Source: a virus
Taxonomy: Duplodnaviria > Heunggongvirae > Uroviricota > Caudoviricetes
Length of the DNA stretch: 6,300 nt
Virus record (IMG/VR): IMGVR_UViG_648276671_000006
Location: 1 to 6,300 of that record
Direction: 5' to 3' (one strand)
Within the stretch, counting starts at the first letter, position 1; the number at the start of each line of letters is the position of its first letter. Of this stretch, positions 1 to 5,173 are shown in pieces. Under the pieces are notes generated by a model, which was not told the DNA's origin, did no database searches, and was given only the letters and a program-made list of their open reading frames with translations. The translations under genes and the position numbers were made by a program.

Positions 1-203
1 GCTGAAAATGGCAGTAATGATTTATCCTCCGCCAGCGACTGGCGAACGGCAGGAACGAACCCGGACGGCAGATTACGCATGCTTTTCGGTTCCGGCTCCA
101 CCAGTATCCGGGTATTGTGGAATACTGGCATGGATTCACGGCCCAGCTTAAGGACCACCAACCCAAGTTCTGGTACCAGAACAGGTCGAAGTAATACCCG
201 CAC
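1..203 (-). CDS. hypothetical protein, truncated at the left window edge (N-terminus MRVLLRPVLVPELGLVVLKLGRESMPVFHNTRILVEPEPKSMRNLPSGFVPAVRQSLAEDKSLLPFS...)
   Basis: Minus-strand frame is open from GTG at 203..201 to position 1. GGAGG (212..208) lies 4 nt upstream, and the TAA stop of the preceding gene (207..205) sits inside the same GGAGGTAACGTG junction. An alternative in-frame ATG at 275..273 has only a weak GGA upstream. Not in the ORF track because it runs off the window. Product not recognised. Confidence 0.45.
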   Translation of the reverse strand, partial: MRVLLRPVLVPELGLVVLKLGRESMPVFHNTRILVEPEPKSMRNLPSGFVPAVRQSLAEDKSLLPFS

Positions 204-204
204 G

Positions 205-450
205 TTACCTCCAGATCCGTTGCTGGTATGTGCGGGATGGGCGCGGTGGGCGTTCGGAATAAGGGAGCCTGACATAGATTATCCAGTGACGATAATCGAG
301 GCTGAGGGCTTTCTTAATCTCGTATCCGCGTCTGCGGTAGTTCTGAATCAGCCATTCGGCCTGTTCTTCAGTGCAGGGGTTATGCTGGAACCAGTCTGGT
401 TTGAATGCGTGAAAACGCCGCTCATTGTAACTCGTTGCTTTTTGCGTCAT
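205..450 (-). CDS. hypothetical small protein (81 aa, MTQKATSYNERRFHAFKPDWFQHNPCTEEQAEWLIQNYRRRGYEI...)
   Basis: Track ORF 205..462 trimmed to the ATG at 450..448, which has GAGGA (460..456) 5 nt upstream. The N-terminal 50 residues look protein-like. The C-terminal 30 residues (RLPYSERPPRPSRTYQQRIWR) are low-complexity, so the true end is uncertain. Confidence 0.55.
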   Translation of the reverse strand: MTQKATSYNERRFHAFKPDWFQHNPCTEEQAEWLIQNYRRRGYEIKKALSLDYRHWIIYVRLPYSERPPRPSRTYQQRIWR

Positions 451-479
451 AACAATCCTCATGACGCATCATTATCAGA

Positions 480-511
480 CCCCACAGTGTTCAGCTATGG
501 GGTTTTATTAT
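480..511 (+). terminator. terminator-like hairpin with a plus-strand T-run, in the gap between two minus-strand genes
   Basis: CCCCACAG (480..487) pairs with CTATGGGG (495..502) with one mismatch, loop TGTTCAG, followed by TTTTATTAT on the plus strand. On the minus strand the same hairpin has no U-run after it. Confidence 0.3.
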
Positions 512-529
512 CTCCACTAACGGTGTCCG

Positions 530-748
530 CTACAAGCCCCCGGACGAATACTGCTGCACAATATCACGCAATACTGCGTGGGACACAATGCGTTCGTCAT
601 TATGCAGAGGGCGCACCCTTAATACCTTCCCCATTCGTCTCCAGACAGCTCTTTTACTATCAGGCAAACTATCCATCTCAGCAACCACTGCGCCATCAGA
701 GCGGCGAACAACTTCATATTCATGCTCCGTCAATGCGTGACTTCTCAT
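530..748 (-). CDS. hypothetical small protein (72 aa, MRSHALTEHEYEVVRRSDGAVVAEMDSLPDSKRAVWRRMGKVLRVRPLHNDERIVSHAVLRDIVQQYSSGGL)
   Basis: ATG at 748..746 with a strong AGGAGGAA 7 nt upstream. Balanced charged/hydrophobic composition. Lies downstream of the hok terminator, so it is probably a separate transcription unit or needs read-through. Confidence 0.6.
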   Translation of the reverse strand: MRSHALTEHEYEVVRRSDGAVVAEMDSLPDSKRAVWRRMGKVLRVRPLHNDERIVSHAVLRDIVQQYSSGGL

Positions 749-930
749 ATCGTATTTCCTCCTGGATCGTTACCTTCAAAATAAATCTTTCTGATAAGAG
801 AAATATAACCACCTGATGTGATTATTTCATCACCAATAATTGAGTGTTTTTTGCCCGCTCTCAATGAAATTTTTTTACGTCTGTTATCTAATCAGAAAGT
901 AGCGTGTCTTTTAAACAGTCGTTGATTTTG

Positions 931-957
931 GCAATAAAAAACCCGCCGAAGCGGGTT
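931..957 (-). terminator. rho-independent terminator of the hok transcript
   Basis: On the minus strand: AACCCGC-UUCG-GCGGGUU (plus 940..957) followed by UUUUAUUGC. GC-rich 7-bp stem with a UUCG tetraloop and U-run. Confidence 0.7.
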
Positions 958-960
958 AAG

Positions 961-1018
961 TGCGGGTGCGTTGAGGATGCCTGACACATCAGAGGTGGCG
1001 AGGGATTTCTCCCTCGCC
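961..1018 (-). promoter_or_regulatory. hok mRNA 3' elements: fbi-like box (961..976) and a perfect 9-bp hairpin (997..1018)
   Basis: The transcript here reads CCUCAACGCACCCGCA, complementary with one bulged C to the predicted 5' end UGCGGGUGCUUGAGG (1330..1316). GGCGAGGGA/UCCCUCGCC hairpin with a 4-nt loop sits just 3' of the hok stop. Confidence 0.5.
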
Positions 1019-1025
1019 TGGTCTC

Positions 1026-1181
1026 TTACTCCTCAGGTTCGTAAGCTGTGAAGACAGCGACCTCCGTCTGGCCGGTTCGGATTCGTACCTCGCAGAGGTC
1101 TTTCCTCGTTACCAGTGCCGTCACTATGACGGTTAAACAGATGACGATCAGGGCGATTAACATCGCCTTTTGCTGCTTCAT
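1026..1181 (-). CDS. hok: Hok/Gef-family type I toxin (51 aa, MKQQKAMLIALIVICLTVIVTALVTRKDLCEVRIRTGQTEVAVFTAYEPEE)
   Basis: Single hydrophobic transmembrane segment followed by the conserved RKxLCE.R...GxxEVAAF-like tail of Hok/Gef peptides. From memory it is closest to chromosomal HokD/RelF. ATG at 1181..1179 with AAGGAG 9 nt upstream. The 70-aa track ORF 1026..1238 is an in-frame N-terminal extension. Confidence 0.85.
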   Translation of the reverse strand: MKQQKAMLIALIVICLTVIVTALVTRKDLCEVRIRTGQTEVAVFTAYEPEE

Positions 1182-1227
1182 AGCCTGCTTCTCCTTGACC
1201 TTTCGGTCCGTAAGAGGCAATCTATAT

Positions 1228-1290
1228 GTGACGAGCATATAGGGGCCTCACTTCGATTTATAGTCGGGTGGGGCTTTTCTCTATCTGCCT
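1228..1290 (+). ncRNA. expected position of a Sok-like antisense RNA (approximate, not firmly located)
   Basis: By analogy with hok/sok loci, the antisense RNA should cover the leader-ORF SD (plus 1246..1251) and ATG (1236..1238). Plus-strand signals are weak: TTGACC (1195..1200), 17 nt, CAATCT; possible 3' stem 1245..1251/1268..1274 followed by TTTTCTCT. It may be degenerate. Confidence 0.2.
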
Positions 1291-1315
1291 TTGGTGGCAT
1301 GCCCGAGACAGATAG

Positions 1316-1361
1316 CCTCAAGCACCCGCAGCAATTCTACTTAACTCTCCTTTTCCCGCAA
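1316..1361 (-). promoter_or_regulatory. hok promoter and 5' tac-like box
   Basis: On the minus strand: TTGCGG (1361..1356), 16 nt, TAGAAT (1339..1334). Predicted start near 1328, giving a transcript of about 390 nt whose first 15 nt are complementary to 976..961. Confidence 0.45.
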
Positions 1362-1448
1362 ACCGTTTTTATCCCCATCGGCAAATCGAATACACCACCA
1401 GCGCCACCGCCAGTGCGATTCCTACCGTTGTGAATGCTTCAGGGCAGG

Positions 1449-1730
1449 TCATCGCAAAACATCCTCCGCGCTTATCAGTTCGTTCCGCTTCAGGTAGTCC
1501 ATCGCCTTCTCCGGTAATTTGCAGTCTGGATTAGCTTTTTTCAGTTGACTGACCAGTCGTTTAACCCACATTGTTAATTCGCCAACTTGGTTACTGGATG
1601 CTAATGGATTGTCGGCTTTACCCAGAATGACAGCACAGCAGGCCTCTTTGAGAACCCAATCAACAGCATCTTTCCATACTCCTGTTTCGACTGGTGGATT
1701 CTCACGCTTTACCTGTTCATAAAAGCGCAC
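1449..1730 (-). CDS. hypothetical protein (93 aa, VRFYEQVKRENPPVETGVWKDAVDWVLKEACCAVILGKADNPLASSNQVGELTMWVKRLVSQLKKANPDCKLPEKAMDYLKRNELISAEDVLR)
   Basis: Protein-like composition. The only start available is GTG at 1730..1728, with no convincing SD; it overlaps the upstream gene by 22 nt, so translation may be coupled. No in-frame ATG before residue 54. Confidence 0.5.
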   Translation of the reverse strand: MRFYEQVKRENPPVETGVWKDAVDWVLKEACCAVILGKADNPLASSNQVGELTMWVKRLVSQLKKANPDCKLPEKAMDYLKRNELISAEDVLR

Positions 1731-1957
1731 GGCTTTAACCAGTCCTTACGCGCCTGCTCCGAAGGAAATATCCCATGCCCCGAACCATATACTGCACCAC
1801 TGACCACCAGCTCTTTCGCCAGAACTTCTATCAGGTGTCTGGTAGCTCCGGTTTCATCTTCCAGTTGCTTACGCGTTTTCCTTCCGTCTCTGCGTACCAG
1901 TTCCACAATACGCGCCTTCAGTTGTTCCCTGTATTCAGGTGTAAAAGCGTTTCCCAT
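1709..1957 (-). CDS. small winged-helix-like protein (82 aa, MGNAFTPEYREQLKARIVELVRRDGRKTRKQLEDETGATRHLIEVLAKELVVSGAVYGSGHGIFPSEQARKDWLKPCAFMNR)
   Basis: Track ORF 1709..2014 begins at a TTG. The ATG at 1957..1955 has GAGG 5 nt upstream, overlapping the stop of the previous gene. Contains a K.T..EL....G.S...V...L...L...G.V motif also found twice in the 256-aa neighbour. Confidence 0.6.
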   Translation of the reverse strand: MGNAFTPEYREQLKARIVELVRRDGRKTRKQLEDETGATRHLIEVLAKELVVSGAVYGSGHGIFPSEQARKDWLKPCAFMNR

Positions 1958-1964
1958 AAACGCC

Positions 1965-2735
1965 TCACTTTTCCGATACAACGCGACTGGTGGAATCGAC
2001 AATCTGTCGAACAATATCCCGGTGCTTGTTCAGCTCCCGTAGCGCGGCGCAGACACGCTCCCACTTCTGGACATGGCTTTTCGCCCGACGCAGTTCACGA
2101 TTTGCCATATGCAGCGATGGTAAAATCAGGTCATCCGCTCGAGTTTCGGTGAACGATGACAACGACTGCACAATGTCCGCCACAGTTTCTGTTTTAATTT
2201 CTTCCTGTATTGCAGCTTCCTGTACAGGTAACGCAACGCCGGCTGGCTGAGGAAAGGCTTTACCATCATTTTCCGTTACCAATGCGACTTTCGGCTTTAC
2301 TGGTAAATTCTCGCCCGGCATGCAGTAGCGAAATTTACCGTTCTGGTTTACGCGTGCCAGCCGCCCCGTTGCGGTTACTACCGCCAGTGTGGAAGCAACC
2401 TTGCGAGTGCTGACACCGAACTTACCCGCCAGTTCCTCACACGTTTTAGCTCCCTCCTGACCGATAAACTCAATCATCATGTCAGCGGTAACTTTTCGTT
2501 CGACCTCCCTGGTTAACACATCTTGTGTTTCAGATTGTGCTGGCTGCTCTTCGGCTCCCCCTGATTCACCTTCGCCAGCCACACGCCAGGTGTATGCACT
2601 TTTATCAACGAAGCCAGCCTTTTTCAGTTCCCACAGCTCCTTCAGCACTTCTTCACGACTGATATCAAGTCGCGTAGTCAGTTCTACCGACGTGGCTTTT
2701 CCCATTGCTTTCAGTGCGTCAAAAACAGTCTCCAT
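1965..2735 (-). CDS. hypothetical protein with two tandem winged-helix-like motifs and a helical C-terminal region (256 aa)
   Basis: ATG at 2735..2733 with GGGAGGA 5 nt upstream; 33-nt gap after the P-like stop. Motifs [32 protein letters not shown] and [33 protein letters not shown]. No Walker A/B or nuclease motifs seen. Confidence 0.8.
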   Translation of the reverse strand: METVFDALKAMGKATSVELTTRLDISREEVLKELWELKKAGFVDKSAYTWRVAGEGESGGAEEQPAQSETQDVLTREVERKVTADMMIEFIGQEGAKTCEELAGKFGVSTRKVASTLAVVTATGRLARVNQNGKFRYCMPGENLPVKPKVALVTENDGKAFPQPAGVALPVQEAAIQEEIKTETVADIVQSLSSFTETRADDLILPSLHMANRELRRAKSHVQKWERVCAALRELNKHRDIVRQIVDSTSRVVSEK

Positions 2736-2768
2736 AAATTTCCTCCCGGTAAAAAATCACTTCTCAAC

Positions 2769-3434
2769 TCAAACAAAACCAGCCGCTTTCCGGCGTTCAT
2801 ACTCCTGTTTCAGCAACTCAATTGGCGTTGGTCCCGACGGGCGTTTGGGTGCTGCCAGTTGCCGCCGTACGGGCGGAACGCTGAGGCCGTTGCCAACATG
2901 CTTTGCCCATTTCGTCAGCTGCCGTTCTGCAAGCCGTTTTAACTCCCCTTCGGTCATCTGGCATTCAATCCCCTTTGAACGCATCTCGAGGCAAATGTGA
3001 TACAGCACAGGCTGAGACCACGGGTATTTATCGCTTCCGTCGTATCGCCAGGACTCATTGCGCCAGCGTCGGTACTCCTCCATCACGCCATCTACCGTCA
3101 GACCAAATGGATTTGCCCCGCTCTCCGAAATCAGCGCCACAAACTCAGCCAGGTCCGGAGGCCATGTTTCACCCGCCCGGCAGCGGTCCATGCACTGGCG
3201 GCAGACCTGCCGGATTTGCTGCTCAGTCATCGCGCCAATCTGTGCAATCCAGAGCTTCGAAGGTGCGGACCCGTTCTTCTGGGTCCAGCGGTTCGAATAA
3301 ACCTCCCCCATGAGTTCCCACAGCTTCCACGCCGTTTCCGTCGCTGATAAATCCGTTTTCACGTTCCCACTGTTCACGTGCTGCCCGAATTTCCTGAACT
3401 GCCCGTGATGCGGTGCCACCTGGTGCTGCTGCAT
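2769..3434 (-). CDS. replication protein P-like helicase loader
   Basis: The C-terminal two thirds align by eye with lambda P ([18 protein letters not shown] vs ESYPWKSNAHYWLVTNLY; [13 protein letters not shown] vs TDAELRRKAADEL). Start is uncertain: ATG at 3434 has a G-rich SD but overlaps the O-like gene by 212 nt; internal ATGs at 3311 and 3230 (the latter an ATGACTGA overlap with the O-like stop) are alternatives. Confidence 0.7.
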   Translation of the reverse strand: MQQHQVAPHHGQFRKFGQHVNSGNVKTDLSATETAWKLWELMGEVYSNRWTQKNGSAPSKLWIAQIGAMTEQQIRQVCRQCMDRCRAGETWPPDLAEFVALISESGANPFGLTVDGVMEEYRRWRNESWRYDGSDKYPWSQPVLYHICLEMRSKGIECQMTEGELKRLAERQLTKWAKHVGNGLSVPPVRRQLAAPKRPSGPTPIELLKQEYERRKAAGFV

Positions 3435-4263
3435 GGCTCCCCCCCTTGCTGACTGGTTTAACCTGCGCCCTGACGTGATTTACGTGACGGGCAAATTTCT
3501 GCTCCCACTGAACCTGCGTGAAAACTTTTCCCTCCTCTGCCCAGTAATCCCGGAAGGCGGCAAGTTCAGCAGGTGTAAATTCCGGCTCCGGCAAAGCCAC
3601 TCCCCACAGTGCAGCCCGCCGTCGAAAATCCGGCGACGGATACCAGTCATCGGTCATCGGAAATTTTCCGATGCGTTCGCTCAGGCCATCCAGGAATGCA
3701 GGGGGCGTTGCCTGTGACGGCAAAACTTCCCTCTCACTGGTCGGAGCACTCTCGCGTGCGTTATGTATGGGGTTTAGATCTTTAGGTTCCTTTGGGTTCC
3801 GTGATCCGTTTTTGGGTGTCTTTGATGGAAAATTTGGGTGCCTTTGGTTATTTTCTATGCTGCAAAGAGTCCCGTTTTTGGGTCTGTTTTGTGCGGAAAC
3901 ACAACCGTTTTTGGTGCTGTTTTTATTAACAGTACCAATTTTACCCACCTTTAAAGACTCCCGTTTTTGGGTGTATTCAGGCTCGGCAACACTTTCTTCA
4001 ACACCGATAAGTTGGTACACCACAATTTGCTTTGTTCGACCTTTTCTCTCACCGGTATCAACAATTAACCCAATCTCCATCAGGTGCCGTAAGCTGTCCT
4101 GCACAGTTTTTTTGTTCAGTTCCGTTACTTCTGCCAGTGCAGATACAGACGGGTATGCACACAAATCGGCACCGCACATATCAGCAAGCCAGGTCAATAC
4201 TGACTTACTGGATGAACTGCCGGTTTTCACCCTTTTAGCCCATCGTAGTGCATCGATACTCAT
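3223..4263 (-). CDS. O-like replication initiator: N-terminal HTH domain, PKNG-repeat linker, DnaT-like C-terminal domain
   Basis: Track ORF 3223..4338 starts at TTG. The ATG at 4263..4261 has GAGG 5 nt upstream ([15 protein letters not shown]...). N-terminal region resembles phage replication-initiator HTH domains; [48 protein letters not shown] resembles the DnaT C-terminal domain. Iteron-like repeats lie inside the linker-coding segment. Confidence 0.8.
   Translation of the reverse strand: MSIDALRWAKRVKTGSSSSKSVLTWLADMCGADLCAYPSVSALAEVTELNKKTVQDSLRHLMEIGLIVDTGERKGRTKQIVVYQLIGVEESVAEPEYTQKRESLKVGKIGTVNKNSTKNGCVSAQNRPKNGTLCSIENNQRHPNFPSKTPKNGSRNPKEPKDLNPIHNARESAPTSEREVLPSQATPPAFLDGLSERIGKFPMTDDWYPSPDFRRRAALWGVALPEPEFTPAELAAFRDYWAEEGKVFTQVQWEQKFARHVNHVRAQVKPVSKGGSHAAAPGGTASRAVQEIRAAREQWERENGFISDGNGVEAVGTHGGGLFEPLDPEERVRTFEALDCTDWRDD
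3783..3976. repeat. iteron-like direct repeats (CCGTTTTTGGGTG family), putative replication origin inside the initiator gene
   Basis: Near-identical copies at 3806..3818, 3872..3884, 3905..3916 and 3961..3973, plus degenerate TTTGGGT(T/G)CC copies at 3791..3800 and 3833..3842. An AT-rich stretch lies at 3917..3958. On the coding strand the repeats translate to recurring PKNG. Confidence 0.55.
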
Positions 4264-4786
4264 GCGAACCTCGACCAGGTATCTGTTGACCCGCAAAGCA
4301 ATGTTGGTATTGCTGACGATATGCACGTTTGAAAGCAATAGCTTTTTCTATAAGCTCGTCAGCCTCACGCTCCACAACAGTTGGATCTGCAAAAAGCAGC
4401 CCGGACTCCACCACATCACCATACTCTTTGTTTAACCCGGCGATCATGTACGTAATGCTTTTTCCGTCAGTAATTTCACAATACAACCTGAAATCACTGA
4501 TCCGGATAGCCTCCATAATTGCCGGAATCAGCGCCGTGAATTTTTCACGCTTATCCCTGGTGTCGATAGCTTTCCAGCGTTCAAATATCTTCACCCTGTT
4601 AACGCCAAGCGCCCGCTGATCAACCACGCCATCATCAAATGTGACACGTTGAACATCGATGTTCGGGCGCTCTTTCAGAGCCCAGAAGGCTTCTGTGATT
4701 AATATCGTCGCCTGCTCCTGCGTCATTCCCGGGCTGCATACCCAGGAGTCCAGAGCCTCACGAGCCTGCTCAGGAGTGAATATCAT
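4235..4786 (-). CDS. YdaT-like protein, positional equivalent of lambda CII (183 aa)
   Basis: Sits between the Cro-like gene and the initiator, as cII does in lambda. ATG at 4786..4784 overlaps the Cro-like stop by 17 nt. Assignment to the YdaT family is from memory of prophage YdaS/YdaT pairs, not from a search. Confidence 0.7.
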   Translation of the reverse strand: MIFTPEQAREALDSWVCSPGMTQEQATILITEAFWALKERPNIDVQRVTFDDGVVDQRALGVNRVKIFERWKAIDTRDKREKFTALIPAIMEAIRISDFRLYCEITDGKSITYMIAGLNKEYGDVVESGLLFADPTVVEREADELIEKAIAFKRAYRQQYQHCFAGQQIPGRGSHEYRCTTMG

Positions 4787-5063
4787 TGTTCACCGCCAGT
4801 GATTCATTTGTCATACACTTATTCCCACAAGGCAGCCCATCGGTTAGATTGGGGTAAATATCTGGGCGAAGCTCGTGGGGGGTGACTTGCCATTCAAGGA
4901 GCACACAAAGAGGAATGACCCGCTCAGCTGGTATTGATTTATTGGCAAACCATTTTCCAACCCCTTGCCCACTAATCCCAAAGCGTTCTCCAATCTCGAC
5001 AAAGGAAAAGTTTTTTTTAATCTTGTCTCGTAGATCGTTTAGTTTTTGATGTTTTTTAGCCAC
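4770..5063 (-). CDS. Cro/YdaS-like HTH regulator (97 aa from the GTG start)
   Basis: HTH FVEIGERFGISGQGVGKWFANKSIPAERV and an ELRPD motif as in YdaS-type Cro proteins. Track ORF 4770..5162 would leave only 11 nt to the divergent repressor. GTG at 5063..5061 has a near-consensus SD GAGGTGAGG (5078..5070). ATG at 5087 is an alternative, possibly leaderless. Confidence 0.7.
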   Translation of the reverse strand: MAKKHQKLNDLRDKIKKNFSFVEIGERFGISGQGVGKWFANKSIPAERVIPLCVLLEWQVTPHELRPDIYPNLTDGLPCGNKCMTNESLAVNNDIHS

Positions 5064-5173
5064 ACAACACCTCACCTCTTGGTTCATCACTGGGAGCATA
5101 ACAGGCGAAAGTTTACGTTTCAAGAACAAGGAAACAAATAGTTGTACTGATAATCGAAACATTTGGTTGTAAA
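5064..5173. promoter_or_regulatory. divergent promoter/operator region of the immunity switch
   Basis: Three operator-like sites about 25 bp apart: GAAAGTTTACGTTTC (5107..5121, palindromic GAAA-N7-TTTC), GAAACAAATAGTTGTAC (5131..5147) and GAAACATTTGGTTGTAA (5156..5172). Leftward promoter TTGAAA (5123..5118), 17 nt, TATGCT (5100..5095). Rightward promoter CTGATA (5147..5152), 17 nt, TAAAAT (5170..5175). Confidence 0.55.

Noticed and set aside
79-816. 245-aa plus-strand ORF
   Set aside because: Translation is S/T/P/R-rich with very few acidic or lysine residues. It spans three SD-led minus-strand genes in different frames and contains a plus-strand terminator hairpin (480..511). Judged an antisense shadow.
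1048-1433. Plus-strand ORFs 1048..1242 and 1170..1433
   Set aside because: Antisense to the hok coding region and leader. Only a short antisense RNA is expected here, not a protein.
1449-1730. RelE-type toxin upstream of hok, as in the K-12 relBE-hokD operon
   Set aside because: The 93-aa protein shows no resemblance to RelE as I remember it, and hok here has its own promoter. Not a relBE-hok operon.
1958-2014. TTG start at 2014 for the 82-aa gene
   Set aside because: It overlaps the 256-aa gene by 50 nt with no SD. The ATG at 1957 has an SD.
1775-2413. Plus-strand ORFs 1775..2152, 1990..2250 and 2210..2413
   Set aside because: Antisense to the 82-aa and 256-aa minus-strand genes, which have SD sequences and protein-like composition.
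3783-3976. CRISPR array
   Set aside because: Repeats are only about 13 bp, irregularly spaced, not separated by unique spacers of uniform length, and lie inside a protein-coding gene.
4264-4338. TTG start at 4338 for the O-like initiator
   Set aside because: It would overlap the YdaT-like gene by more than 100 nt and has no SD. The ATG at 4263 has GAGG at ideal spacing.
2479-4619. Plus-strand ORFs 2479..3000, 2903..3313, 2997..3347, 3058..3300, 3433..3717, 3671..4435, 4032..4238 and 4329..4619
   Set aside because: All lie antisense to the well-supported minus-strand replication genes, lack SD sequences and have low-complexity translations.
5064-5162. ATG at 5162 as start of the Cro-like gene (130 aa)
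   Set aside because: It would leave 11 nt between divergent start codons and place the operators and both promoters inside coding sequence. The extra N-terminal residues are hydrophobic low-complexity.
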